This document shows positions 10,811 through 21,303 of a stretch of DNA of 64,000 nt, in pieces. The notes beneath the pieces are model-generated. The model was not told the origin of the DNA. It worked only from the letters and a program-made list of their open reading frames with translations, and did no database searches. Within the stretch, counting starts at the first letter, position 1, and the number at the start of each line of letters is the position of its first letter. The position numbers were made by a program, and so were the translations under genes. Source of the DNA: Obrimoposthia wandeli. Taxonomy: Eukaryota. The stretch lies in the NCBI GenBank assembly GCA_977020255.1, contig CDROCS010000998.1:124001-188000 (forward strand). Direction: 5' to 3'.

Positions 10811-11743
10811 ATGATGAAAGCCACAGCAAATTATCGCTGTGTTTCCTTTTTAATTTACTGGGTGATGGTGATGTCTGAGTCAAAAAATACAAGCCAACAA
10901 GCCAGTACCAAGAAATCGTCAACCATCAAGGAAAAAGCCACCTACCGCTTCGCGGATGAACTTGGTGGTTTAGAGGTTTTGGATGCGCAGTATCATCATC
11001 AAAATTTTTCCCGCCATAGCCATGAAGGCTATACCGTTGGCGTAATTGAAAAAGGTGCGCAAAAATTCTATCGAACAGGTGGGAACCATGTCGCTCCCGA
11101 AGGCAGCATAATATTGGTTAACGCCGATGATGTTCACAGTGGTCACTCAGCAGCGGAAGGCGGTTGGTCTTACAAGGCGATGTACCCCTTGCCTGAACAA
11201 TTTGAGCAAATACGAAAAGAATTAAACGCCCCATGCACAAGTGCGCCCTATTTCTCTGATCCTGTCGTTTACGACCTCGAACTCGCTAATCAATTACGTT
11301 TAGTTTTCGATACCTTAGAAAAATCGTCTAACCGTTTATTACGCGAAACCTTATTGTATAGCGTACTCACAAAGTTAATGTGTAAGCACGGTAAAGGCCG
11401 AACAACACTGAACGACCCACCGAAAAGCCAGCGGCAGCTTGCACTTGTTAAAGAGTTTTTAGACGACTTCCCCAGTGCTGATATTTCCCTGCAAGAATTG
11501 GCGCAATTAGCCTCAATAAGCCCTTTTCACTTAGTACGTTCATTCCAAAAAGCCTTTGGTTTACCACCGCATGCTTATCAAATTCAATCTCGGTTACGAT
11601 TGGCTAAAAAACTCATTCGCCAAGGACATAAAATATCTGATGCGGCACAAGAAGCAGGCTTTCATGATCAAAGCCACCTACACCGCCATTTCAAAAAAGC
11701 GATTGGAATTACCCCTGGGCAATTCGCTAAGCACTTACAGTAA
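10811..11743 (+). CDS. AraC family transcriptional regulator (true start may be about 20 codons downstream)
   Basis: Cupin RHSHEGY; C-terminal HTHs with FQKAFGLPPHAY and GFHDQSHLHRHFKKAIGITPGQF. Confidence 0.95.
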   Translation: MMKATANYRCVSFLIYWVMVMSESKNTSQQASTKKSSTIKEKATYRFADELGGLEVLDAQYHHQNFSRHSHEGYTVGVIEKGAQKFYRTGGNHVAPEGSIILVNADDVHSGHSAAEGGWSYKAMYPLPEQFEQIRKELNAPCTSAPYFSDPVVYDLELANQLRLVFDTLEKSSNRLLRETLLYSVLTKLMCKHGKGRTTLNDPPKSQRQLALVKEFLDDFPSADISLQELAQLASISPFHLVRSFQKAFGLPPHAYQIQSRLRLAKKLIRQGHKISDAAQEAGFHDQSHLHRHFKKAIGITPGQFAKHLQ

Positions 11744-11904
11744 AAGAGTTAATAACGAATTAGGTACGTAGACTCACTCCTTAAGGGCGATTCTCTAAAT
11801 CTAAAAATGTCTAGCAATGAAAGCGCAATAATGTACAAGTTAATTCAATTTGATAAACATAAAGTGAAGCGTATAGAAATACGTAATGAAGAATAAGAGG
11901 GAAT

Positions 11905-12642
11905 ATGGACACGTCTCATAGACAAACAGGCACAACAGATTATGAATTGACGGCTCAAGAAAAGCGGACATTATTCCGACAAGGTGCCATCGCAGTTACC
12001 CCTTTGTGCATTGCAGTGATCCCGTGGGGGTTATTAGCGGGGTCATTTGCTATCGACATTGGTCTCGACCCTTTTGCAAGCCAAGCATTATCAGCCATTG
12101 TTTTTGCGGGTTCTGCCCAACTTGTTGCCACCGGTTTGCTCAAAGTGGGTGCAGGATTAGGGACAATTTTACTAACAACGCTATTCATTACCTCTCGCCA
12201 TTTATTATATAGCGTGACAATGCGTGACAAGATAAGTCCTTTACCCCTGCGTTGGCGGTTAGGTCTCGGCTTTTTATTAACCGATGAGTTGTTTGCATTA
12301 TGTGGGCACCAATCGAAAAAAGAATTCAATCGTTGGTATGCCCTTGGTACTGGATTGTGGTTTTACATTTGTTGGAATATTGCCACCTTCGCTGGCATTG
12401 TTGCCGGAAAGTTCATACCCAACCTTGATACGATCGGGTTAGATTTCGCTGTCGCGGCCACGTTTATTGCCATCGTCATACCTACCATCAAGAAATTATC
12501 AGTATTAATCACCGTATTCGTCGCGATGACTCTTTCGGTAGTACTGCAATATTTCGACGTGAATGGCGGCTTAATGATCGCTAGCTTAATCGCTATGTTC
12601 TGTGGTTACTCCATCGATACCATCAAAAGGAATGACGCATGA
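11905..12642 (+). CDS. azlC: AzlC family branched-chain amino acid exporter permease
   Basis: VFAGSAQL, LLTDELFA, GLDFAVAATF. Confidence 0.9.
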   Translation: MDTSHRQTGTTDYELTAQEKRTLFRQGAIAVTPLCIAVIPWGLLAGSFAIDIGLDPFASQALSAIVFAGSAQLVATGLLKVGAGLGTILLTTLFITSRHLLYSVTMRDKISPLPLRWRLGLGFLLTDELFALCGHQSKKEFNRWYALGTGLWFYICWNIATFAGIVAGKFIPNLDTIGLDFAVAATFIAIVIPTIKKLSVLITVFVAMTLSVVLQYFDVNGGLMIASLIAMFCGYSIDTIKRNDA

Positions 12643-12941
12643 TTTGGTTAACGATTTCCGCGATGGCATTACTTGTATTCGCCAGCCGTTATGTATTCTT
12701 AGAACCAAAACTGCCTTTACGGCTGACGGCGCAAACTCAAAAATTATTAAGCTATTCCAGCCCCGCTGTATTAACGGCTATTTGGGCCCCGATTGTCTTT
12801 TTGCCCGACGGCGAATTAATGCTTTCGTACAAGAATCCTTATTTAATCGCAGCTTTATTTGCCATATTACTGGCATGGCGCACCAAAAATGTTTTGCTTA
12901 CAGCCGTACTCAGCATGGCGTTATTTTTTATCATTTCATAA
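12639..12941 (+). CDS. azlD: AzlD domain partner protein
   Basis: 100 aa hydrophobic protein overlapping azlC; SSPAVLTAIWAP. Confidence 0.85.
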   Translation: MIWLTISAMALLVFASRYVFLEPKLPLRLTAQTQKLLSYSSPAVLTAIWAPIVFLPDGELMLSYKNPYLIAALFAILLAWRTKNVLLTAVLSMALFFIIS

Positions 12942-13059
12942 TAATAAAGCTGACAGTTTAAGGTGTTATGTTTTTCAACTAACTGATGTCCGTATATTTA
13001 AAAGTGTCCCTACCGTATAGTGACGTTGATTCTATCTCTTCATTCTAGGTACCAGAGCC

Positions 13060-14361
13060 ATGTCTAAAAATACACACAACACTTATGACGCCATTGTTGT
13101 AGGTAGTGGCCCTGGTGGTGCAACCGTCGCCAACGAGTTAGCACTAAAAGGACAACGTGTTCTTATTCTTGAGTGGGGAGATAATGAACCGCTCCAAGGC
13201 TCTTTCATTCAAATGGCTAAGATGGCAGCTATTCCTGGTAAAGGGGCTTTTGTTAACTCAGATTTATCTTTGCTCATTCGAGGCATTACTGCTGGCGGTA
13301 GTTCAGCAATAAATTATGCCACCGCCATGAAACCACCCGTCGAAATGTTTCAGCGTTATGGCATCGATTTAACAGAAGAAATAGCTGACGTTGAAAGCAC
13401 CCTTCCCCTCTCAATATTACCTGATGAACTTATTGGGCCGATGGCACATAAAATTGCTTCTGCGGCTCAACAACTTGATCTTGAATGGAAAAAGCTCGAT
13501 AAATTCATTGATATAAACAAATGCCGTTCAGCTTGCCATCTGTGTTCATACGGTTGCCCCTATGATGCAAAATGGAATGCACGTATGTACCTCGATACTG
13601 CGGTACAACAAGGTAGTACGCTGCTAACACATGCAAAAGTACTGAAGGTTATTACCAAAGAGCATCGAGCAATAGGTGTCCAATTCAAACACCACGGCAA
13701 AATTGAATCTGCCTTTGCTAACAACATCATTTTAGCGGCGGGAGGAATAGGTTCAGCCCAGATATTACAAGCAAGCGGAGTACACAATGCAGGGCAGCAT
13801 TTCTTTATGGATCCCGTTATTGCGGTGATGGGAAAAGTACCAGAATCCTACCCCGATGGAGAGATCCCAATGGCGGCGGGGTTACATCTTCCTCAAGAAG
13901 GTTTGATGCTTTCTGACTTAAGTTTACCTAAACCTTTTTTCCACTTATTTACGGCACAAGTCGGTAAGTTTCAGCACTTATTATCCCCTAACAATACCCT
14001 ATCTATTATGGTGAAAGCTAAAGATGAATTAAGCGGTAATATCGGGGCTAAATGGGTTAATAAAACATTAGGTAGTGATGACAAAAAAAGGCTAAATACA
14101 GGTACTGAGATTGCAGAAAACATCTTACACCAAGCAGGAGCAACCCGCCTATATCGCACTCATCATTTTGCCGCCCATCAAGGTGGCAGCGCTAGAATTG
14201 GTGAAGTCGTCGATGCAAACTTGCAGTCTGAGATTCAAGGATTATATGTCTGTGATGCCTCTGTCATTCCAGAAGCATGGGGGCTACCGCCAACGTATAC
14301 GTTAATTTGTTTAGCTAAACGGTTAGCGAAACATATAGACAGGCTTGTTACAAATAATTAG
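13060..14361 (+). CDS. GMC family FAD oxidoreductase
   Basis: IVVGSGPGG FAD motif, C-x-x-C-x-x-GC, AHQGGSARIG, LYVCDASVIP. Confidence 0.85.
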   Translation: MSKNTHNTYDAIVVGSGPGGATVANELALKGQRVLILEWGDNEPLQGSFIQMAKMAAIPGKGAFVNSDLSLLIRGITAGGSSAINYATAMKPPVEMFQRYGIDLTEEIADVESTLPLSILPDELIGPMAHKIASAAQQLDLEWKKLDKFIDINKCRSACHLCSYGCPYDAKWNARMYLDTAVQQGSTLLTHAKVLKVITKEHRAIGVQFKHHGKIESAFANNIILAAGGIGSAQILQASGVHNAGQHFFMDPVIAVMGKVPESYPDGEIPMAAGLHLPQEGLMLSDLSLPKPFFHLFTAQVGKFQHLLSPNNTLSIMVKAKDELSGNIGAKWVNKTLGSDDKKRLNTGTEIAENILHQAGATRLYRTHHFAAHQGGSARIGEVVDANLQSEIQGLYVCDASVIPEAWGLPPTYTLICLAKRLAKHIDRLVTNN

Positions 14362-14430
14362 ATAACACCGTTCTACCCTGTGATGCTGTAATGATTACTG
14401 AGGAGAGTCTATACGAGTGAATTAAATTTA

Positions 14431-14460
14431 ATGGATAAGAAACGTTAGTTTCCTATCCAT
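14431..14460. terminator. Inverted repeat between convergent GMC and hypB, likely terminator
   Basis: ATGGATAaGAAAC-gtta-GTTTCcTATCCAT. Confidence 0.45.
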
Positions 14461-14474
14461 CGAGTTCAGATTAG

Positions 14475-15494
14475 TTACTGTTTATTAGCAAGCTGCTCAT
14501 TGAGCCAGTTTAGCCAAGCCTCCATCCCTTCTCCGGTTTTGGCCGAGACTTTAATCACCTGAATTGACGGATTCACCTTGCGGGCATTTTCAATACAGTC
14601 TTCGATTTTCACATCGACATACGGCAACAAATCCACTTTATTGATCAGCATAAGCTCTGCTGCTGCAAACATATTAGGGTATTTAAGCGGCTTATCTTCC
14701 CCTTCCGTCACCGATAAAATGACCACCTTACTGGTTTCGCCAAGGTCAAAACTGGCAGGACACACCAGATTGCCGACATTTTCAATGAATAACACACCGG
14801 ACTCATTCATTGCTAACTGATGATAGGCATCATGGATCATCTTGGCATCCAGATGGCAGCCTTTACCTGTATTAACCTGAATCGCAGGCACCTTGGTCGC
14901 ACGTATCCGATCAGCATCGTTGCTGGTCTGCTGATCCCCTTCAATAACCGCACAGGCATGCTGATGTTTCAGCTGGTTAAGTGTTTCCGTCAACAGCGTT
15001 GTTTTACCTGAGCCGGGGCTGGAAACTAGGTTCAGTACCAACTGCTTATTTGCATTAAAATGCTCGCGATTATGCGCGGCCAGATGGTTGTTCTTACCAA
15101 GAATATCCTGCTCTAATGTCAGTAGCTGTCGCTGCGACACACCGGAAACATGCACCTCTGCCTCACCCTTACCGTAGTGTAAGTCACCCAGCTGTGACAT
15201 CTGAGGCTGATGATCTACCGCAGAGTGATCCTGCTCTGCAGACGCGGTGTGTGAATGAGCAGACTGTGGATGTTGATGCTGGTGATTATCCGGTTGCACA
15301 CTGTAATGAACATGGTGATGCACATCTCCTTGATGATGATAATGGTGATGGATCACTACCGGTTGCGAGGTGACTTCCTTGGCAATATGGTGTTCACCCT
15401 CGTTATGTGCAGGGTGTGTATGTTCGTGGTGGTGCTCATGATCATGTTGATGACCTTCAATCTGGCTATCTCCGCAGCCGCAGACGTTACACAT
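14475..15494 (-). CDS. hypB: Hydrogenase nickel incorporation GTPase HypB with long His-rich N-terminus
   Basis: MCNVCGC Ni site, SSPGSGKT P-loop, [22 protein letters not shown]. Confidence 0.97.
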   Translation of the reverse strand: MCNVCGCGDSQIEGHQHDHEHHHEHTHPAHNEGEHHIAKEVTSQPVVIHHHYHHQGDVHHHVHYSVQPDNHQHQHPQSAHSHTASAEQDHSAVDHQPQMSQLGDLHYGKGEAEVHVSGVSQRQLLTLEQDILGKNNHLAAHNREHFNANKQLVLNLVSSPGSGKTTLLTETLNQLKHQHACAVIEGDQQTSNDADRIRATKVPAIQVNTGKGCHLDAKMIHDAYHQLAMNESGVLFIENVGNLVCPASFDLGETSKVVILSVTEGEDKPLKYPNMFAAAELMLINKVDLLPYVDVKIEDCIENARKVNPSIQVIKVSAKTGEGMEAWLNWLNEQLANKQ

Positions 15495-15495
15495 T

Positions 15496-15837
15496 TTACT
15501 CGACCTCTATATGTTTAATCATTAATTCATCGCCGGTCTCAATAGCCAATTGGTAACCTTGGCAGTTCGGGCAACATATTCCACGGGCTGCTAATATGAC
15601 TGACTGCTGACAACTCTGGCACCATGCTCGGGCCGAAATCATATCGATCTCTAACCTTGCCCCATCAGCCATTGTTCCGCGACAGGCAAATTCAAATCCC
15701 GTTTGCAGTGCTTGTGGTTCAATACAGGACAAAGTGCCTATCCCGAGAGTGACAGCTGTGATCCGTTTGAACCCTTGCCGTGTCGCATGCTCAACAACCG
15801 TATCAACGGTATTCAAGCTGATAGATAATTCATGCAT
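15496..15837 (-). CDS. hypA: Hydrogenase maturation factor HypA
   Basis: MHELSI start, CxxC...CPxC, TGDEL. Confidence 0.97.
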   Translation of the reverse strand: MHELSISLNTVDTVVEHATRQGFKRITAVTLGIGTLSCIEPQALQTGFEFACRGTMADGARLEIDMISARAWCQSCQQSVILAARGICCPNCQGYQLAIETGDELMIKHIEVE

Positions 15838-15881
15838 TGCATACTCTCTTATTCCACCGACGTCTCTTGCTTCACCGCTAA

Positions 15882-16874
15882 TTAGCAGATTCGTGGTAAC
15901 AGCTCACCATTGGGGAAATCCAAATAACGGCGGCTTCCCCATGGGCTATTTAAAATGGTTTTATGAGGCGAGTCTTTAGTGGCATAACCGACAATCGCGG
16001 CATGCTCAGAAAACTGCATCAAGATAGCTAATGCATCTTCGGCAGCATCGGCTGGCACAGCCATGATAAAGGTTCCCTCGTTGGCTAAATCATAAGGTTC
16101 AAAACCAAATAACTCGCACACACCCATTACGTCATCGCTCACCGCAATTGCCTTGTCTTCGAGTACCAGTTGAACATGTGAAGTCTCGCACCACTCATTG
16201 AGCACCGCTGAAATCCCGCCTCGAGTGGCATCTCTCAAGCTATGGATCGGGATTTTCTGTTCAAGACAAGTCTCGATCACCGGCCATAATGTGGTGCAAT
16301 CACTTTCAATCGGATTCACCAGTTTCAAGGATTCACGCGCCGACAGCACACAGGCACCATGGCAGCCAATATCTCGAGAAACCAGAATCGCATCACCCGG
16401 TTGAACATTGTGTGCCGAGATCCCCGACTGACGAATATGCCCGATGCCGGTGGTATTGATAAACAGTCCGTCAGCGCATCCTTTCGGTACAACCTTGGTA
16501 TCACCGCACACAATCTTGGCACCAGAGACTTTCAACTCCTCAGCCATACTTTTGACGATGATTTCCAGCTCATCAAACAGCAAACCTTCTTCGATAATAA
16601 AGCCACAACTGAGGTATTGCGGTTCAGCTCCCATCATCGCCAAGTCATTAACGGTACCAGCAACTGCCAATTTGCCGATATTGCCCCCTGCAAAAAATAA
16701 CGGCGATACGGTAAAGCAGTCTGTCGTCATAGCTATCTCACCCTGACAGTTCAGTACCGCAGCATCTTCATTACGTAGAAGAATGTCATTGCCCAAATGG
16801 CGAAAAAAAAGATTGGTGATCAGTTGGTTCATCTCTTGACCACCGCCACCATGGCTAAGTTGTACTCGTTTCAT
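15882..16874 (-). CDS. hypE: Hydrogenase maturation protein HypE
   Basis: LSHGGGG, TTDCFTVSPLFF, GTVNDLAM, C-terminal LPRIC; ATG at 16874 follows an AGGA RBS. Confidence 0.97.
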   Translation of the reverse strand: MKRVQLSHGGGGQEMNQLITNLFFRHLGNDILLRNEDAAVLNCQGEIAMTTDCFTVSPLFFAGGNIGKLAVAGTVNDLAMMGAEPQYLSCGFIIEEGLLFDELEIIVKSMAEELKVSGAKIVCGDTKVVPKGCADGLFINTTGIGHIRQSGISAHNVQPGDAILVSRDIGCHGACVLSARESLKLVNPIESDCTTLWPVIETCLEQKIPIHSLRDATRGGISAVLNEWCETSHVQLVLEDKAIAVSDDVMGVCELFGFEPYDLANEGTFIMAVPADAAEDALAILMQFSEHAAIVGYATKDSPHKTILNSPWGSRRYLDFPNGELLPRIC

Positions 16875-16885
16875 TTTACAGTCCT

Positions 16886-18004
16886 TTAGCATCGATCGGC
16901 ATAACGGTAATAAGCATTGCAGGCACCTTCAGAACTCACCATGCAGCTGCCCATCGGGCGGTTGGGTTTACAGGCTTTACCAAACACTTTGCATTCTTGT
17001 GGTGTGGCTAGACCTTTGAGAATATCGCCACAGCGACATTGCTTATGATCAGGCGTATCAATATGGGTGAAATGACCAGCGAACTTCACTTCAGCATCGC
17101 GATGCTGGAAGGATGGTTTAAGCTGTAGGGCCGAGCGAGGAATATTGCCCAGTCCGCGCCAGTTGAATTGACCGCGAATATCGAAAACACGGTCAACCTG
17201 ACGCTGGGCCGTTTCATTACCCGCATAGGTCGCAGCACGACTGTATTGCACCTGCAAGGCCACTTGGTGAGATACCGCCTGCTCTACCAGCATCAGGACC
17301 GATTCCAAGACATCGACGGGTTCAAAACCACCCACGACCAACGGCACATGGTAGTTATCAATTATGGGCTGATAAATTTTAGCGCCGCTGATCACGCTAA
17401 CGTGAGACGGGCCAATAAATGCATTGATCGGAGACTCGCCGCCAGCCAACACCGCTTCCATCGCCGGCATCACCAGTACATGGTTAATGTGGAAAAATAG
17501 GTTATCTAACTGCTGTTGTTCAGCACATTCCACCAACACAGCTGTCATCGGGGTCGTTGTTTCAAACCCAATCGCAAAATAGACCACCTGTTTATCGGGA
17601 TTGTTACGGGCGATTTTCAGCACATCCATCGGGTCATAAATGGCTTCGATATTACCCCCCTCGGCACGGCACTGGGCCAGGGTACTTTTCGAACCAGGCA
17701 CCCGAATCATATCGCCAAGAGTAACCAACACAACCTCAGGCAACCGAGCCAGTGCAATCGCCTGATCTATCCGCTCTTTAGGCATAATGCACACTGGGCA
17801 TCCGGGGCCATGTACAAACTGGAGATTATCTGGCAACAGCTGTTTTAAACCATACTTCATGATGGTGTGAGTATGCCCACCACACACCTCCATAATATAA
17901 AGCGGTTGTTGAAGTTCAGTCGCCCGTCGAGCAATTTTTTCAGCTAGAGCCTTAACAACATCCGGCTGGCGAAAACCCTGATACAGCTCTTTCAATGGCA
18001 TCAT
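16886..18004 (-). CDS. hypD: Hydrogenase formation protein HypD
   Basis: MEVCGGHTH, GPGCPVC, GFETT, CMVSSEGACNAYY. Confidence 0.98.
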   Translation of the reverse strand: MMPLKELYQGFRQPDVVKALAEKIARRATELQQPLYIMEVCGGHTHTIMKYGLKQLLPDNLQFVHGPGCPVCIMPKERIDQAIALARLPEVVLVTLGDMIRVPGSKSTLAQCRAEGGNIEAIYDPMDVLKIARNNPDKQVVYFAIGFETTTPMTAVLVECAEQQQLDNLFFHINHVLVMPAMEAVLAGGESPINAFIGPSHVSVISGAKIYQPIIDNYHVPLVVGGFEPVDVLESVLMLVEQAVSHQVALQVQYSRAATYAGNETAQRQVDRVFDIRGQFNWRGLGNIPRSALQLKPSFQHRDAEVKFAGHFTHIDTPDHKQCRCGDILKGLATPQECKVFGKACKPNRPMGSCMVSSEGACNAYYRYADRC

Positions 18005-18258
18005 TGCAACAGCACCTTTATGTCTTCTTCATCCATTTCAGCCAAAAGCTGGCGATAGGTTTCGAGGCTTTCTTGCGCCTCCTGTTGGTCGATTTTGCTG
18101 ATGGCAAAACCAACATGGATCAGTACATGATCACCGACGGCCAAAGGAGCCGAAATTAGATGGGTATTAACTTTTCGCTGAACACCCAAGGTGTCGACCA
18201 ACGCCGAAGATTCATCCGGATAAACTTCTAAAACATTAGAAGGAATACATAAACACAT
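18001..18258 (-). CDS. hypC: Hydrogenase assembly chaperone HypC
   Basis: MCLCIP start; VGDHVLIHVGFAI. Confidence 0.97.
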   Translation of the reverse strand: MCLCIPSNVLEVYPDESSALVDTLGVQRKVNTHLISAPLAVGDHVLIHVGFAISKIDQQEAQESLETYRQLLAEMDEEDIKVLLQ

Positions 18259-18294
18259 TGTTGCCTCGTTATATGTGCAGTGCGGAATAACCGC

Positions 18295-20649
18295 TCACGC
18301 CCTTTCAGGCTGATGGGTGGCATACCAAAGTTGTCCTGCGGCAATCCCCCCGTCATTTACCGGGACGGTTTCGCCGCAATAAATAGAATCCGTTAATGCA
18401 GACAGTTGTTGATAAACCAGATCGAGCAAAACTCGATTTTGAAATACCCCGCCAGAAAGCACGATGGGATAGGCAGGAAAAGTGGCTGCCACCATTTTAA
18501 TGTTATGCGCGATAGCCTCAAACAGACCTCGGCTGAGAAAACTCACCAGTAGCAACCATGTGTCTGTCTGTGTATCTGACGATAAATCAGACGGGGCTGC
18601 CGCAAGTAGCGACAAGGCGCTATCGAGTAGAGGTTGCCAATCGATCAGATTGGTTTTGGTAAGCTGAAATTCCATCGCAACGGAGCCCGTCGCCGCCAAT
18701 GCAGCCTGTTCAAGTAACAAGCCGCATTCACCTTCATAGTCAACACAATCAACCAATCCCAGCAGACTTGCCCATGCATCAATTAATCGCCCCATAGAAG
18801 AGGTATAAGGCGAGTTATTGCCTGACTGCCAGAGCAGAAACAGGTTATCCATCTTGCTCTCAGACCACCTTTTAAATACCGCGAGATCCATATGCTTGAT
18901 GTCACTCAGGGAGTAGCACTCAAGCAGCATCGCAAACACAATACGGGCGGGAGATTTAATGGCACGATCACCGCCCAGCAAGCGAAATGGACGCAAATGA
19001 AAAACCCGCTCAAAATGCTGAGGAGAGCTCAGCAGTACCTCGCCGCCCCACACCGTCCCATCATCGCCCCAACCTGTTCCGTCAAAGGCAAAACCCAATA
19101 CAGTCTGATTAATTTTATGCTCAGCCATAACAGCCAAGACATGAGCATGATGATGCTGAACCTGATGCAGAGATACGGTTTGCGAAACCTGCTGCTGACG
19201 CTCAATAGCATGCTGCGTTGAAACATATCCCGGATGCCTGTCGCAAATGATTTGCGCTGGCTCAACCTGATACATAGACTCAAAGTGACGGATCACATCC
19301 AAATAGCGATGCTGGGTATCAATATCATCGATATCGCCAATAAAGGGTGAGAGGATCCACTGCTGAGACAAAGACAAACCAATTGCAGCTTTCTGCTGGG
19401 CTCCCATTGCCAATATTGGCCGTACAGATCCGTTACCAGCCTGACTATATGGTGCATATCCCCTAGCCATTCGCAGTACTCGGCGTTTTCCTCCGGCAAA
19501 ATGAACCACGCTGTCATCACAGGCTTGAACAATCGGGCGGTTGTGATCCAATACGCCATCAATCAAACCGTCAAACTGATCGTTAACCTCGCCGTATTCT
19601 GTCGCTATCGGCATGCCAGAACCGTTAGCACTGGTAAGTACAATGGCTCGCTCAAGATGTTCAAACAGCAAAACATGCAATGGCGTGTAAGGGAGCATTA
19701 CCCCCAAATACGGTACGCTGGCAGCAACATTGGCAGCCAAGTAAGACTGAGGTACGGCCTTTTTCTTCATTAAAACAATAGGGCTAGCTTGGGAGTGCAA
19801 CATGTCCCATTCTTTTGCTTCTCCCCATACCAGTTGTTTGACAGCATCACCATCTGCCACCATGATCGCAAACGGCTTACGCTGTCGACGTTTGATTTGG
19901 CGCAAGCGCGCAACGGCATCACTATTACTGGCATCACAAGCCAAATGAAAACCACCAAGACCTTTAATGGCAACAATTCCGCCTTGTTGCAAGGTTTTCG
20001 CCGCCATAGCAATCGCAGATGCCATATGTACCAATACCTTGCCAGAGCCCGACACGTAGCGAACCGATGGGCCACAATGCTCACAACTGATTGGCTGAGC
20101 ATGGTAGCGTCTATCCAGCGGATTTTGATAAGCCAGCTGGCAAGGCTGACACAGCGAAAATGATCGCATTCCGGTCACTGCCCGATCATAAGGAAGAGCT
20201 TCAACAATGGTATATCGGGGGCCGCAATGGGTGCAGTTAGTAAACGGGTAACGGTAATAACGCGAGGCCGAATCGGCAATATCTGCACGACATTCCTGAC
20301 ATATTCCCTGATCTGGCGAAAGACACACGCTGGTCAATGCCCGTCCTTTGCTTTGCTCGATGGAAAACGAGGTCACATGGTGCAACGGGCGTGGCCAGAC
20401 AACCACCTGATCAATTCGACTCAATGGCGGAGCTTGCAACGTTAGCTTCGAAATGAATCCATCCAACTGTTCAGGTTTCCCTTGCACATCTATTTTGACG
20501 CCTTCGGAATCATTAATCACAGAGCCAGCCAACTGGTGGCAGATTGCCAATTGATAGACAAACGGTCTAAATCCGACGCCCTGTACAATACCTGTAATAT
20601 GGATAAACCTACGCTGCTGCCTCATTCTTGCCACTCGCTTACTGACCAA
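18295..20649 (-). CDS. hypF: Carbamoyltransferase HypF
   Basis: GIVQGVGFRPF acylphosphatase domain, Zn-finger CxxC pairs, KGLGGFHL, QHHHAH, LSGGVFQN, NDGGIAAGQ. Confidence 0.97.
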   Translation of the reverse strand: MVSKRVARMRQQRRFIHITGIVQGVGFRPFVYQLAICHQLAGSVINDSEGVKIDVQGKPEQLDGFISKLTLQAPPLSRIDQVVVWPRPLHHVTSFSIEQSKGRALTSVCLSPDQGICQECRADIADSASRYYRYPFTNCTHCGPRYTIVEALPYDRAVTGMRSFSLCQPCQLAYQNPLDRRYHAQPISCEHCGPSVRYVSGSGKVLVHMASAIAMAAKTLQQGGIVAIKGLGGFHLACDASNSDAVARLRQIKRRQRKPFAIMVADGDAVKQLVWGEAKEWDMLHSQASPIVLMKKKAVPQSYLAANVAASVPYLGVMLPYTPLHVLLFEHLERAIVLTSANGSGMPIATEYGEVNDQFDGLIDGVLDHNRPIVQACDDSVVHFAGGKRRVLRMARGYAPYSQAGNGSVRPILAMGAQQKAAIGLSLSQQWILSPFIGDIDDIDTQHRYLDVIRHFESMYQVEPAQIICDRHPGYVSTQHAIERQQQVSQTVSLHQVQHHHAHVLAVMAEHKINQTVLGFAFDGTGWGDDGTVWGGEVLLSSPQHFERVFHLRPFRLLGGDRAIKSPARIVFAMLLECYSLSDIKHMDLAVFKRWSESKMDNLFLLWQSGNNSPYTSSMGRLIDAWASLLGLVDCVDYEGECGLLLEQAALAATGSVAMEFQLTKTNLIDWQPLLDSALSLLAAAPSDLSSDTQTDTWLLLVSFLSRGLFEAIAHNIKMVAATFPAYPIVLSGGVFQNRVLLDLVYQQLSALTDSIYCGETVPVNDGGIAAGQLWYATHQPERA

Positions 20650-20677
20650 CCGTCAAAAAATTCACATGAGCTCCCTG

Positions 20678-21289
20678 CTAGGAAATCAGTAACGTACTAC
20701 CAAATGCCATCATGCCAATACCCACACCTAGCCCTACAGTGTTAAGGACAACTTTATTTTTCAAGCAACTAACAACAAGTTGCACCAAAGAAATCCCCAA
20801 CATATGCAGCATTGTTGTCGCTAGTACAAAGCCTGAAAAGTAATACAGCGCTTGGCTATTTAATGGCATTTCCATGCCATGGGCCATTCCGTGAAATACA
20901 GCAAAACCCATCACCAAGGCCAACGCAGCTTTTTCTGACAAGCGCGTACCGGAACATAACAATATCCCCATCGCTACCACGGACAACGCAATACCGATTT
21001 CAACACCCGGCAGCACTAATCCAGAGATGCCCAGAATTCCACCAAAAATCATAACGGCGACAAAAGCCAGTGGCAGACGGTATCGTGCCTGACCACCAAA
21101 AAGTGCCGCGAGCATACCCACCGCTACCATTACACTCAGATGATCCATCCCGGTCAGCGGATGAATAAAACCACTTTCAAAACCATGTGAACCAATATGG
21201 CCGGGATGAGCCAATGCCAATGGTGAGAACAACGCAAATAAACCAGATAATAAATATGTCTTTTTCATGTTGAATGTCTTCTTAGTCAA
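20678..21289 (-). CDS. HupE/UreJ family nickel transporter
   Basis: Signal peptide, AHPGH, GFIHPLTGMDHL, FHGMAHG. Confidence 0.93.
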   Translation of the reverse strand: MTKKTFNMKKTYLLSGLFALFSPLALAHPGHIGSHGFESGFIHPLTGMDHLSVMVAVGMLAALFGGQARYRLPLAFVAVMIFGGILGISGLVLPGVEIGIALSVVAMGILLCSGTRLSEKAALALVMGFAVFHGMAHGMEMPLNSQALYYFSGFVLATTMLHMLGISLVQLVVSCLKNKVVLNTVGLGVGIGMMAFGSTLLIS

Positions 21290-21303
21290 TAGAGAAAATA
21301 ACG

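Noticed and set aside
14362-14474. selC as the integration site of the FHL island
   Set aside because: No copy of the tRNA 3' end at the left boundary and no integrase in the window.
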